From Parcubacteria group bacterium GW2011_GWA2_42_14 (lineage in GTDB: Bacteria; Patescibacteriota; Minisyncoccia; Sungbacterales; GWA2-42-14), in assembly GCA_000998135.1 (NCBI GenBank), contig LCCV01000002.1:29421-93420 (forward strand): DNA of 64,000 nucleotides. The letters are read 5' to 3'. A program made the translations under genes and the position numbers. Positions 1-9,498 of the stretch are shown here, in pieces. Under the pieces are notes generated by a model that searched no databases, was not told the origin of the DNA, and was given only the letters and a program-made list of their open reading frames with translations. Position 1 is the stretch's first letter. Each line of letters opens with the position of its first letter.

Positions 1-672
1 ATTTGCCAAAAAAAGATAGGTCCAGAAATAAAAATAGGCATAAAAAGAAAGGCCTAGAAAAACCGCGCAAAAAAATAAATATCTTATTTGGGATGATTTC
101 AAAAGACGGTATAAACTCAAAAGATACCCAAAAAGCAAAAGCGAACTAAACGCGGGATTGAGCGGGCGCGCGTATCTCAAAAACTCAAGGTTTTTTATTT
201 CCCACGAAAATACTGAACGCATATCGCTTGACGACAACAAAGACGGCGCAAGCAAGGTTAAGGCAGACGACATGAGTGCTAAATATTTATCGCCGAATAA
301 TTCCAAAACAAAAAAATAAAGCAAAAAAGAAAGTAAGAAACCGAAAAAGAATTTTGCAAATATATTAATTTGAACGGCATTCATGCCTAAAATTTTTCCC
401 AAATACGCGGTTGCTATTTCCAGAAACGGCGGCGGCAAATATGGCTGATTTTTCCCCTCCCAAAAATAAGTTGAACCAAGAAACAAATGGCCGTCATAAA
501 CCTCCTGAACCCGCGCTACGTAATGAGTTTCGGCGTCAGAACCAAGAACATCAACTCCCCGAAAAAAACCGCGGTCAATGGTTCTTAAATAAACGTGAGG
601 AAAAACAAAAATAAAACCGATTGCCGCGGACAATATTATTATGACCCAATGCTGTTTTAAAAAAGATTTCAT
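1..672 (-). CDS. Integral membrane protein, 5' part only (N-terminal 224 aa). It runs off the window start. Probably another polytopic glycosyltransferase or polymerase of the envelope cluster.
   Basis: Manual reverse-complement translation of 1-672 gives an uninterrupted frame with ATG at 670-672, beginning MKSFLKQHWVIIILSAAIGFIFVF and ending YAYFYFWTYLFLAN at the window edge. It is hydrophobic and rich in helices. Its ATG overlaps the stop of the upstream methyltransferase gene (ATGA overlap). The ORF track lacks it because it runs off the window edge. The + strand ORF 411..614 is its antisense shadow. Confidence 0.5.
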   Translation of the reverse strand, partial: MKSFLKQHWVIIILSAAIGFIFVFPHVYLRTIDRGFFRGVDVLGSDAETHYVARVQEVYDGHLFLGSTYFWEGKNQPYLPPPFLEIATAYLGKILGMNAVQINIFAKFFFGFLLSFLLYFFVLELFGDKYLALMSSALTLLAPSLLSSSDMRSVFSWEIKNLEFLRYARPLNPAFSSLLLFGYLLSLYRLLKSSQIRYLFFCAVFLGLSFYAYFYFWTYLFLAN

Positions 673-1445
673 TTTTTTCTCACAATAACAAAAATAGAAA
701 TGCCAAAAGGAAAAGCGATATAACGAAGAAAAAATCGTTCTAAAGAAAATATCCAGAAAAACACGGCATTCAAAAAAACATTCGGCGTTTTTACCTCGGC
801 CCCGACCAATTGCCGGGGTTCCCATATTTTAGAGGCAAGCTTTACTAAAACAATAGGCAGAAAAAGAAACGTGTTAAAATAAGTTACATTCATAGTCATA
901 AACCCTGTTTGTAAAAGAAGCTCAATAAATTGTTTTCTGCTATAACGCCGGAAATGATGCGCTCTCACGTCACTTTCGTTCCAAAGCCATTGATGCGCCG
1001 GTACGCTGAAAAATCCCATTCCACCGCTCTTAAGCGCGCGAAAGGCCTCATGTACGGCAATTTTATCATCAGCGGTATGCTCAATAACATCCATGGCAAA
1101 AACAGCATCAAACCATTCATCCGGAAAAGGAATTTTTTCAGCCGAACCGAGCAAAACCCGATTATTGCCGCCATTATTTCCGTGATGCGAAACCACTTCC
1201 TCGATAGGGTCAACTCCGAATACTTCCCCGTAATTTTTAAGCATCAGAAGCTCACTGCCAATACCGCACCCTATGGACAAAAGGCGCCTATTACCGTCCG
1301 AAGAAAGAAAATCGCCGGCGAATTGTTTAAGAATTTCCAATCTCCCGCGATACCACCAATGATTAGAGGCGCTATCCTTTAATATATGATATAACGCTTG
1401 TTCCATGTTATGATAACCAGTTATCTTTCCAAAAATGAAAGGCAA
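669..1445 (-). CDS. Class I SAM-dependent methyltransferase (Methyltransf_11-like).
   Basis: Motif I LLSIGCGIGSELLML and post-I acidic motif VFGVDPIEE, with a typical MTase size. The true start is possibly the internal Met (MEQALYHIL) at about 1406, which would remove the overlap with asnB. Confidence 0.75.
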   Translation of the reverse strand: MPFIFGKITGYHNMEQALYHILKDSASNHWWYRGRLEILKQFAGDFLSSDGNRRLLSIGCGIGSELLMLKNYGEVFGVDPIEEVVSHHGNNGGNNRVLLGSAEKIPFPDEWFDAVFAMDVIEHTADDKIAVHEAFRALKSGGMGFFSVPAHQWLWNESDVRAHHFRRYSRKQFIELLLQTGFMTMNVTYFNTFLFLPIVLVKLASKIWEPRQLVGAEVKTPNVFLNAVFFWIFSLERFFLRYIAFPFGISIFVIVRKK

Positions 1446-3288
1446 TTAACGCCCATAAAGGTTTCCGATTGTCTTTTTTACCCTGAAGATGCTCGTCAAT
1501 CAATCGCCTCACCGCCGGATAATGAAAAATGGCGCCACGGTCAATCTTTTCTTTGGATAGACAATCCAGCATAATTTCTTTCAATTCGCCGCGTAGCAGG
1601 CGGGCGGTTGGGATATTGCCCCCCCTTTTTTTGGCTGAAAGAATTTTTTGGGGAAGACGATTCTCCATCAATTTCCTGATAATGTATTTTCCGGTAAAAC
1701 CGCGCATTTTGAATCTTGGCGGCAAGGAATTAGCAAAATCAACAATGGTGTAATCAAGAAGCGGAGAACGAACCTCCAGAGAAACCGCCATGCTAGCCCT
1801 GTCAAAATACGGAAGTATATTTTCCATCATATAAAACTTCTGATAAAAATAAATCGAACGGTCAAGCGGGGACAGATTCTTAACTTCTTTAACTATGCGG
1901 TCAACCGCGGAAAAATCTTCTGTCATACCAAGTTTTATCCTTACATCTTCGGTATATAATTGGCGTTTTTCTTCGGGAGTAAACGCGCCTATCCAGATGG
2001 CATCGCGATAATCAGCGGAATATTCAAGTCCGGCGAAAAACCGCTTTATCTTATAGTCCAAACTTACTTTTCCTAAAGAAGTTGGGAAAAGATTAACTAG
2101 CGGACGAACAATGTTTCGCCGTAAAACTCCGGGGATGGCTGACGCATAGGGAACCAATCGGCCGGCTTGAAAGGTCTGATAACCCATAAAAAGTTCGTCC
2201 CCTCCCGAGCCGCTCAGGGCAACCGTAACGATATTACGAGCAAACTTTGATACGGCATAAATCAAGAAAAGGCCGGTATCAGCAATCGGCTCATCAATGT
2301 GTTTCGCCAATTCAAAAACCATATCTTTAATCTCGTTTGATAAAAGTCGTTTTTCATGATGAACCGTTCCTATCCGGGAAGCGGTAAGACGCGCATCCGC
2401 CATCTCGTCAAAATCCTTATCGGAAAACCCTATGGAAAAAGAATTAAGAGGGCGGCTTGAGAGTTCTTGGGCATAAGAACAAACCGTGCTTGAATCAAGG
2501 CCCCCGCTTAAAAATAGTCCCAAGGGAACATCAGAAACAAGCCGCAGTTTCACTGCCTCTCGAAGCTTTTCATCAAACATTTTAAGACATTCTTCAATGG
2601 TGCCGCGGGAGGGAGGTAACGCAAAAGCTTCTTCCTGGCGATAATATCGGCTTGTTTTAATTTCATCATTTTTAAAAATCAAATAGGTTGCCGGCTCAAT
2701 TTTAAAAATTCCTTGAAATATCGTGCGGGGAGACGGAACGCACTCATGAATTAAATAAAGGTTAAGCGATTCAAGGTCAAGTTCTCTTTTAACCAAGGAA
2801 TGCGATAAAACCGCTTTAAGTTCGGAACCAAAAATCAACGTCCCGCCGAAAATAGCGTAATAAAGGGGCTTTTTTCCGAAACGGTCCCGCGCCAAAATCA
2901 GTTTCTTTTTACGAACATCCCAAATGGCTATAGCAAACATGCCGTTTAATTTTTCAAACATCTTCTCGCCTTCTTCTTCATAAAGATGGACTAATACTTC
3001 CGTATCGGTTCGGGTAGTAAAACGGTGTCTGGGTTCCAAATTTTTCCTTAACTCGCGATAGTTGTAAATTTCTCCGTTGAAAATAATTGCTACGGTTTTA
3101 TCCTCGTTAAAAATCGGTTGATTCCCGGTCTTTAAATCAATTATGGAAAGCCGGCGAAAACCCAAGCCGACTTCATCAGGAACAAAAAAATAACCCTCGT
3201 CATCAGGGCCTCTATGCTTTAGGGTAGCGGCCATGCTCTCAAGTTCTTCACGCGTACCCTTACCCGCGAAACCGGTTATACCACACAA
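1408..3288 (-). CDS. asnB: Asparagine synthetase (glutamine-hydrolysing), AsnB-type.
   Basis: N-terminal Ntn amidotransferase signature LCGITGF (catalytic Cys must be residue 2). PP-loop SGGLDSS is present. Length is about 625 aa. The ORF-track start at 3384 is upstream of the catalytic Cys. The likely real start is TTG at 3286-3288 immediately preceding the Cys codon. Confidence 0.85.
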   Translation of the reverse strand: MCGITGFAGKGTREELESMAATLKHRGPDDEGYFFVPDEVGLGFRRLSIIDLKTGNQPIFNEDKTVAIIFNGEIYNYRELRKNLEPRHRFTTRTDTEVLVHLYEEEGEKMFEKLNGMFAIAIWDVRKKKLILARDRFGKKPLYYAIFGGTLIFGSELKAVLSHSLVKRELDLESLNLYLIHECVPSPRTIFQGIFKIEPATYLIFKNDEIKTSRYYRQEEAFALPPSRGTIEECLKMFDEKLREAVKLRLVSDVPLGLFLSGGLDSSTVCSYAQELSSRPLNSFSIGFSDKDFDEMADARLTASRIGTVHHEKRLLSNEIKDMVFELAKHIDEPIADTGLFLIYAVSKFARNIVTVALSGSGGDELFMGYQTFQAGRLVPYASAIPGVLRRNIVRPLVNLFPTSLGKVSLDYKIKRFFAGLEYSADYRDAIWIGAFTPEEKRQLYTEDVRIKLGMTEDFSAVDRIVKEVKNLSPLDRSIYFYQKFYMMENILPYFDRASMAVSLEVRSPLLDYTIVDFANSLPPRFKMRGFTGKYIIRKLMENRLPQKILSAKKRGGNIPTARLLRGELKEIMLDCLSKEKIDRGAIFHYPAVRRLIDEHLQGKKDNRKPLWALIAFHFWKDNWLS

Positions 3289-3293
3289 GAAAT

Positions 3294-3962
3294 TTAGCGC
3301 ACGCGGTCCTGTTCCTGTTCCTGTCGGAGCTTTAAAATGGTTTCCGATGGAACAAAACCGCGAAGCAACATATTGGGATAACAATAAACTTTTTTTCCAA
3401 GAAATGTAGCCGGCTGGGTTACGGTATTGCAGCCAAGGGAACTGTCGTCGCCGATAATCACGCCAAATTTTTCCAATCCGGTTTTCACTCCGGCAATTAC
3501 AACCTCGCTTCCGGTAACTTTAAAATTGGAAATCTTTGTTCCCGCTCCCAGATTTACTTTATTTCCCAAAATACTATGTCCTACAAACGCAAAATGCGGA
3601 GCTCTCGCGCCGTCCAAAAAAACAGAATTGCCCACTTCGCTAGCGTGTCCAATTACCACATTATTTCCGGCAATTACGTTCGCGCCCACAAAAGCGCCGT
3701 GGCGAATTTCACAATTCTCGCCTATAATAGCGGGCCCCATAATCCAGGCACCGGGCTGAACAACAGTTCCCTTACCCAAAAAAACTTTTTCTCCGACAAA
3801 CGCCCCCGGCATAACAACCCCTTCTGTAGCCGGTTTTAAATTTTTTTCTAAATATTCGGGAAGAAATTTCAAAAAATCAAAAATATAACCGCATCTTTCA
3901 AATAAGCTCTTGTGGGCAAATCGCGATAAATCAAAATAATATGAAAAATCTTTTATTTCCAT
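3294..3962 (-). CDS. Left-handed beta-helix (hexapeptide repeat) transferase, GlmU C-terminal-like (acetyl/acyltransferase).
   Basis: Multiple [LIV]-G-x-x-x-x hexapeptide repeats (GAFVGEKVFLGKGTVV, GPAIIGENCEI, GAFVGANVIAGNNVVIG, and others). Confidence 0.6.
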   Translation of the reverse strand: MEIKDFSYYFDLSRFAHKSLFERCGYIFDFLKFLPEYLEKNLKPATEGVVMPGAFVGEKVFLGKGTVVQPGAWIMGPAIIGENCEIRHGAFVGANVIAGNNVVIGHASEVGNSVFLDGARAPHFAFVGHSILGNKVNLGAGTKISNFKVTGSEVVIAGVKTGLEKFGVIIGDDSSLGCNTVTQPATFLGKKVYCYPNMLLRGFVPSETILKLRQEQEQDRVR

Positions 3963-4528
3963 AAATGTTTATATAATTTTTTAAAATCACGCAAAGCGTT
4001 TTCTTGGCTGTCAAAAGCCAGCTTGGGCAGGCGGCGGACATCAAACCATTTGCTTTCGGAAACATCGTCATAAGCTCCGGCTTTTACGCTATCAACACGC
4101 AACACATAAACAATATTCAATATATGAAATGGGTCAAATTTGGCCGGATATGTACCCGGATATATTCCAAATAATCTTTCAACTTTAGCCGAAAGCCCCG
4201 TTTCCTCCTTAATCTCGCGAAGAATCGTTTTTTGCGGATTTTCGCCTCTTTCCACAAAACCTCCGGGCAAGTCCCACCATCCTTTAAACGGCTCGCGCGC
4301 CCTTTTTGTTAAAAGAATCCTTCTGCCGTTTAAAATAAAAGCGCCGGTGGTCGGACGAGGGTTCCGATAATTAACAAAAGGACACCTTTCACACGCCAAA
4401 TTAATACCCTTATTAACCAGTTTGCTTCCGCACACTGAACAGAATCCATACCGAACCAAAGGATTTTGCTTACCATTCTTTGCGTTCTTTTGGCTATTTT
4501 TCACCGTTAATTTCTTCATAGTATTCAA
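3953..4528 (-). CDS. NUDIX hydrolase with N-terminal zinc ribbon.
   Basis: Nudix box GGFVERGENPQKTILREIKEETGL (Gx5Ex7REUxEExGU). N-terminal CxxC...CxxC (CSVCGSK...CERC). Confidence 0.8.
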   Translation of the reverse strand: MNTMKKLTVKNSQKNAKNGKQNPLVRYGFCSVCGSKLVNKGINLACERCPFVNYRNPRPTTGAFILNGRRILLTKRAREPFKGWWDLPGGFVERGENPQKTILREIKEETGLSAKVERLFGIYPGTYPAKFDPFHILNIVYVLRVDSVKAGAYDDVSESKWFDVRRLPKLAFDSQENALRDFKKLYKHLWK

Positions 4529-5459
4529 CTTCCCGCGGGGTATGGCGTATAATCAACTCTGCCAAAAGCCCCATAAGGATAAACTGGAATCCTACCATAA
4601 TAAATATGCCTATAAGAACCGGCAAGGGAGTTTTAATAAAATCAGCGTACTTTATGAATTTCAAATAAACCATCCAGCCGAATAAAAGAAAAGCTATAAA
4701 AAATGACCAAAAACCGACCGCACCAAAAAAATGCATAGGGCGCCTGCCGTACTTATAAAAAAAGTGAAAAGTTATTACGTCAAAAAATACCCGGAAAGTG
4801 CGAAGAAGCCCGTAATTGGATTTTCCGAAGGGCCTTGGTTTGAACCCTATGGGAATTTCAGTAACTTTGGCGCCCTCCTTAGACGCGTAAGCGGCAATCA
4901 TACGCTGCATATAAATACCGAGTTCGAGCCTCTCAAGAATCTGGCGGCGATATGCCTTCATGTTGCATCCGTAATCATTAAGGTAAACTCCGGTCACCCA
5001 AGAAATAAATTTATTAGCGGCCAGCGACGGAATGCGGCGCGTAAAAAATTCCCCCTCCCAGCGGTTTTTTCTCCACCCGCATACCACGTCAAAACCCTCG
5101 CCCAATTTGCCGATAAGTTTTAAAATATCTTCCGGGTCATTCTCAAGGTCGCCGTCCATGGTCACCACGATTTCTCCATGAGCTTTTCTGATGCCCGTGG
5201 CCATAGCCGTAAACTGGCCGTAATTCCGGTTTAAAAGAATAGAACGCGCCCTTAAGGTGCGTATAATTTCTCTTGTTTTGTCGGTGGAGCCGTCATCAAC
5301 CAAAATAATCTCAAACGTTTTTCCGGTTCTACTAAGAGTTTCCCGTAATTTTTGAGTTAGCGCCTGAACTGATTTTTCCTCGTTGAAAACAGGCACGACC
5401 ACCGAAATTTCAATTCTTTCCATAATCAAAATCGTACCATAAGACAAGGGTTGAGTCAA
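4494..5459 (-). CDS. GT2 polyprenyl-phosphate glycosyltransferase (GtrB/ArnC/DPM1-like) with a C-terminal TM pair.
   Basis: ISVVVPVFNEE...ILVDDGSTDKT...DGDLENDPE motifs typical of GT2 lipid-phosphate sugar transferases. Two C-terminal hydrophobic helices. Confidence 0.8.
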   Translation of the reverse strand: MTQPLSYGTILIMERIEISVVVPVFNEEKSVQALTQKLRETLSRTGKTFEIILVDDGSTDKTREIIRTLRARSILLNRNYGQFTAMATGIRKAHGEIVVTMDGDLENDPEDILKLIGKLGEGFDVVCGWRKNRWEGEFFTRRIPSLAANKFISWVTGVYLNDYGCNMKAYRRQILERLELGIYMQRMIAAYASKEGAKVTEIPIGFKPRPFGKSNYGLLRTFRVFFDVITFHFFYKYGRRPMHFFGAVGFWSFFIAFLLFGWMVYLKFIKYADFIKTPLPVLIGIFIMVGFQFILMGLLAELIIRHTPREVEYYEEINGEK

Positions 5460-5534
5460 AAAAAGTAAGGCCCCCTTGCTCCTAAATTAAGTACAAATCC
5501 TAAAAATAGAGCCGTACTGAATTAGAATAATAGA

Positions 5535-6062
5535 TTAAGAATTTGTTGTGTTATCATCCTTTGGTGTGCAGAGTGTTGGAGTAAAATATTTCTCCACCAT
5601 CACGTCAAATTTATCCAAAAGTTCTTGGAAAATACAGAACTGTTCTAAATTTTTTATCGGCTCCATTTCGCCAAAAGGATGTTTAGAAAATCTAAAATAA
5701 GGTTTTTCTTTGCAGCTTACAACCGCTATAATAACTTCCTGCCAACTATTTTTAAGCAACCAAAGCATTTTATAGTCATTATCATGCCATTTGGAATCCC
5801 ATCTAAACTTAACTTCAACCAAATAAGGACTGCCGGTTTTATCAATAACAAAGAAGTCGGGAATAGACCTTATTTTTTCACCAACTTCACTATTGCGCTT
5901 AAAAGATTCCTGAATACGAGCAAGACCCGGAAGTATTGCTTCATATCCAATTCTAAATACTTCATTTCCGGATTCTTTCAACAAATCATAAACCAAAGAT
6001 TCGGCCATACGGCCCTTTAAACTTGTTTCACGCCATTCTTGTTTTTTAGGTTGAATATCCAT
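5535..6062 (-). CDS. Hypothetical protein with a PD-(D/E)xK nuclease-fold motif (YraN/UPF0102-like).
   Basis: IPDFFVIDKTGSPYLVEVKFR contains PD...EVK spaced as in restriction-endonuclease-fold proteins. There is no other recognisable domain. Its start codon and first 9 codons lie inside repeat module R1, which is duplicated at 6554-6592. Confidence 0.4.
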   Translation of the reverse strand: MDIQPKKQEWRETSLKGRMAESLVYDLLKESGNEVFRIGYEAILPGLARIQESFKRNSEVGEKIRSIPDFFVIDKTGSPYLVEVKFRWDSKWHDNDYKMLWLLKNSWQEVIIAVVSCKEKPYFRFSKHPFGEMEPIKNLEQFCIFQELLDKFDVMVEKYFTPTLCTPKDDNTTNS

Positions 6063-6139
6063 AAATTTGTTTTATAACATACCAACATTCTCAAGTTTGT
6101 AAGGATGTTGTAAATATGTTGTTATGCTATATGCGACTA

Positions 6140-6424
6140 TTAGATGCGCTGGAATGATTTCAAAAAACTAACAAACGTTTTGCCGTACGGAGACAGAGTA
6201 TGCTCCACAAATTTACCACGATATTTTTTGTTGATAAGCCCCGCTTGATAAAGGCGCCTGGTATGTTCGCCTAAGGTTTTCTCATTTGCTCCGAGTGCCT
6301 CAACAATATCCTCAAGGGTTATACCTTCACTCCCCGCAATCAAAAGCAATATCTCAATGCGGTAATGATTCGACATTCCCTTAAGATGCCGCTCCATTTG
6401 TTTTGCCGTCTTCATTTTCATCAT
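6140..6424 (-). CDS. ArsR/SmtB-like winged-HTH transcriptional regulator (small, about 95 aa).
   Basis: HYRIEILLLIAG...LEDIVEALGANEKTLGEHTRRLYQAGLI is a classic HTH_20 layout. The ORF is open to 6559, but that N-terminal extension overlaps a palindromic repeat. The start is more likely the internal MMKMK at about 6424. It is a paralog of 33158..33427. Confidence 0.6.
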   Translation of the reverse strand: MMKMKTAKQMERHLKGMSNHYRIEILLLIAGSEGITLEDIVEALGANEKTLGEHTRRLYQAGLINKKYRGKFVEHTLSPYGKTFVSFLKSFQRI

Positions 6425-6598
6425 ATTTGTATTACACAACATCCTTATATTCTCAAGTTTGTAAGGATGTTGTGGATGTGTTGTAATATTGTATGCTACT
6501 ATCTTAAATTTGTTAGTGTATTGTTTTGATTTTGTTGCGCCAACCCGGTCCCGCTTCATTCTTGTTTTTTAGCTTGAGTATCCATAAATTTATTTAAT

Positions 6599-7756
6599 TT
6601 AAGCCAGCGCCAACTTTACATGCCCAACAATATAATCCAGTTCGGATTCTGTTAGGTCAGGAAAAAGCGGAAGGGTTATGACGCTTTTGGAAAGTTTTTC
6701 GGTTGCCGGAAGGGACTTGACCGGAAAATTCTTTTTATAAAAAGTTTGTAAATGCACCGGAGGGTCAAAGTGAACGCTTGCGCTGATCCCATTTTCCCGC
6801 AGTTTTAAAACAAGGCCGTCCCGTACTTCCGGCTTAACTTTAATAACATACATTTGCCAGACCGACTCGGCTCCGGGAAATTCACGCGGCAACTCTATCA
6901 ATCCTTCCGTTTCAAGTGAATTCAAAGATGAATTAAGATATTCCGCGTGCTTTTTTCTTTTGGCATTCAAACCCGACAGCTTCTTCATCTGCGCTACTCC
7001 GATCGCGGCCGGTATATCCCCCATCCGATAATTTACTCCGGCCATAACCGAATCGCGTTCCCATGGCCTTTCCAGTTTTTGCCGTTCATGGGTGTCGCGC
7101 GATATTCCGTGCGACATAAATGTCCGCACACGCTCGGCAAATGAATGGTCATTAGTAATAATCACCCCGCCTTCACCGGTAGTAATATTCTTGGTTGCCC
7201 AAAAAGAAAAGCATCCGGCACTTCCGAATGTTCCCGCGAATTTTCCATTCCATTTACCGCCAATACACTCCGCGGAATCCTCAATTACGTAAAGATTATG
7301 TTTTTTAGCGATTGCCGCTATCGCATCCATATCGCACGGAAACCCAGCAAAATGTACCGGCATAATGACCTCCGTTTTTTTTGTAATAAGCCCTTCAATT
7401 AAAGAAGCGTCCATATTGCCGGTCTTCCATTCAACATCACAAAAAACCGGTGTGGCACCGGCGCGAACAACCGCGTTTGCTGTCGCGGACATGGTAAAAC
7501 TCGGAATTATCACTTCCCCCCTTATGCCAAGCCCTACCAATGCCGCCTCAAGAGCCGAAGCGCAGGAATTAAGCAGAATCACTTCTTTTACTCCAAAAAA
7601 ATCAGCAAGAAGTTTTTCAAATTCTTTATTTTTGGGCCCATGCGCCACCCAGCCCGAAGCAAGCACACCCCTAACTTCTTCAAGCTCCGAACCATCAAAA
7701 GATGGCCGGCAAAGCGGAATATTCACCCCGTTAGATATTTTAAGCCGCTTTAGCAT
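6599..7756 (-). CDS. DegT/DnrJ/EryC1/StrS-family PLP-dependent sugar aminotransferase.
   Basis: Length about 385 aa. N-terminal ELEEVRGVLASGWV and the fold-type I aminotransferase pattern. Sits in a sugar-modification context. Confidence 0.85.
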   Translation of the reverse strand: MLKRLKISNGVNIPLCRPSFDGSELEEVRGVLASGWVAHGPKNKEFEKLLADFFGVKEVILLNSCASALEAALVGLGIRGEVIIPSFTMSATANAVVRAGATPVFCDVEWKTGNMDASLIEGLITKKTEVIMPVHFAGFPCDMDAIAAIAKKHNLYVIEDSAECIGGKWNGKFAGTFGSAGCFSFWATKNITTGEGGVIITNDHSFAERVRTFMSHGISRDTHERQKLERPWERDSVMAGVNYRMGDIPAAIGVAQMKKLSGLNAKRKKHAEYLNSSLNSLETEGLIELPREFPGAESVWQMYVIKVKPEVRDGLVLKLRENGISASVHFDPPVHLQTFYKKNFPVKSLPATEKLSKSVITLPLFPDLTESELDYIVGHVKLALA

Positions 7757-7840
7757 TTTATATACTAAAATCCCATTACAACATCTTTGCTTTAATTTCT
7801 AACACAATTACGATATCTAACGGGGTTCTTATTTTGTTTT

Positions 7841-8839
7841 TTATGAGTCATTTAAACTATGTATATCTTTAAGAAAATCCACGTAGCGATTAATGCCTTC
7901 TTCAAGAGAATACCGCGGTTTATATCCCAATAAGTTCCTCGCGCGCGAGATATCCAAAGCGCCTCTGGACGGTCTTTGTTCTCCTTCCGGAATTTCTTTA
8001 TACACAATTTTAGTTTTAGGAAAATGCTGTTTTACGATTTCAGCCAACTCCTCAAGAGTCCTTCCCTGGCCATATGTAATATTAAAGGTTTCATTAGCGC
8101 CTTTTTCTTCTTTGGTTGCGAGAAAAATTCCTTGAGCGGCATCATCCACAAAAGTAAAGTCAAGCTCCGATTTACCTCCACCATGAAGAACAATGGGCTC
8201 CCCCTTAATGGCGTTCTCCAAAAAAAGCTGCGTTACTCTGCGATTGCAATCGGTGGGACCATAAATTGCCGAGGGGCGAACAATGGCATAAGAAAATTTA
8301 TAACGCCTGCTATAGGTTTTGGTAAGAATTTCAGAGCCAAGCTTGGTTGAACCATAAATCCCTTTTGGCTCGGTTGAGTGCGATTCATCGCAGGGCTTAT
8401 ATTTAAAATCCCCGTAAATCATGCTTGAAGAAATCAAAACAAAACGCTTGAGCCCTAAATTTTTTGATGCCTCTAAGATATTATGCGCGCCGTTATAAGT
8501 TACGGCAACGGCTTCATGCGGGTATTTATCGGAAAGGTCGGCTATGGGAAACGCGGCGGCATGTATAATGCGGTCGGGTTTCGCGTTTCTAACCGAATCG
8601 TTAAGCAATACGTAATCCCGCACGTCCCCGTGAACTACTTCCACCTTATTTTCCAATCCTTCGTACCGTTTCTTAAAATACAGCGAATAGTTTTGGTCAA
8701 TTAAGGGCGACAAATAACTCCGAAAAGCGTCATAAACCACCACCCTGTCTCCGGCTTCAAGAAATTTACGGCAAAGCATCGCGCCCACAAATCCAAGGCC
8801 GCCGGTAATAAAAATTGTTTCTTGTTTATTTTGAACCAT
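7841..8839 (-). CDS. NAD-dependent sugar epimerase/dehydratase (extended SDR).
   Basis: Rossmann motif IFITGGLGFVGAML and catalytic YGSTK (YxxxK). Confidence 0.8.
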   Translation of the reverse strand: MVQNKQETIFITGGLGFVGAMLCRKFLEAGDRVVVYDAFRSYLSPLIDQNYSLYFKKRYEGLENKVEVVHGDVRDYVLLNDSVRNAKPDRIIHAAAFPIADLSDKYPHEAVAVTYNGAHNILEASKNLGLKRFVLISSSMIYGDFKYKPCDESHSTEPKGIYGSTKLGSEILTKTYSRRYKFSYAIVRPSAIYGPTDCNRRVTQLFLENAIKGEPIVLHGGGKSELDFTFVDDAAQGIFLATKEEKGANETFNITYGQGRTLEELAEIVKQHFPKTKIVYKEIPEGEQRPSRGALDISRARNLLGYKPRYSLEEGINRYVDFLKDIHSLNDS

Positions 8840-8851
8840 AAAATTGAAAAA

Positions 8852-9292
8852 TTATTTAAGCATATAGCGCAAAGCGAAAAACGGCCTGATTTCGTCTTTA
8901 GAATGAAAACCGCATTTGATATAAAACTTTTTAGCGTCCTCGCGCCTTGTAAAAACATCCACGAACTCCGCACTAAGCTCTTTTGCCCTTGATAGCAGGG
9001 CTTCCGTAAGCTTGTGCCCTATTCCGCTGCCCCTTAATCCTTTAGACACCACCACATCTTCTATAATAAAAACTTTTCCTCCGAGTTTTTGATACCAAGC
9101 AAGCGACGCGGTTCCCACAACGCGCTTTTCCAATTCTGCCACAAATATATCAACGCCTTCGTCATCAAGCAAACCTTCAAATATATTGGCGGATAATGGC
9201 GGATTATTGGGATAAAGCTCAAGAAGTAAATTCTTAATTTCTTCAAAAGCGGATTCATCGCCAGCGCCAATTCTCCTGATAGAAATATCCAT
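8852..9292 (-). CDS. GNAT-family N-acetyltransferase.
   Basis: Acetyl-CoA binding motif RGSGIGHKL. Size 146 aa. Confidence 0.75.
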   Translation of the reverse strand: MDISIRRIGAGDESAFEEIKNLLLELYPNNPPLSANIFEGLLDDEGVDIFVAELEKRVVGTASLAWYQKLGGKVFIIEDVVVSKGLRGSGIGHKLTEALLSRAKELSAEFVDVFTRREDAKKFYIKCGFHSKDEIRPFFALRYMLK

Positions 9293-9498
9293 AATTTCAA
9301 TAGATTATCATATTATATAATAAATAGCAAGTTTTTGACTAGAAACTGTTAAATAATTGCCAAAAAGTTATTTCCTGAGCCCGTCGAAGGATAACTTTTT
9401 AGCTTATTAAGGTAAACCCTTCGACTCGCTTCGCTCGCTCAGGGAATAATTCAAAAGGCTCGACTATTACTAATATCTGTTGTATTCTAAAAAAATCT

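Noticed and set aside
411-614. + strand 67-aa ORF at the window start.
   Set aside because: It lies antisense inside a longer uninterrupted minus-strand membrane-protein frame (1..672) that has a proper ATG and overlaps the neighbouring gene stop. The + ORF has an odd Lys/Glu/Asn-rich composition.
930-1382. Overlapping opposite-strand or alternative-frame ORFs inside annotated genes (for example 930..1382, 965..1213, 1529..1959, 3427..3839, 45233..46669, 52461..54513).
   Set aside because: They lie entirely within longer ORFs that have clear domain signatures, and they have low-complexity or implausible composition. They are antisense shadows.
6140-6559. Full 139-aa ORF as the ArsR-like protein.
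   Set aside because: The N-terminal 45 codons overlap the R2 palindromic repeat and have no counterpart in the paralog. An internal Met gives a typical 95-aa ArsR size.
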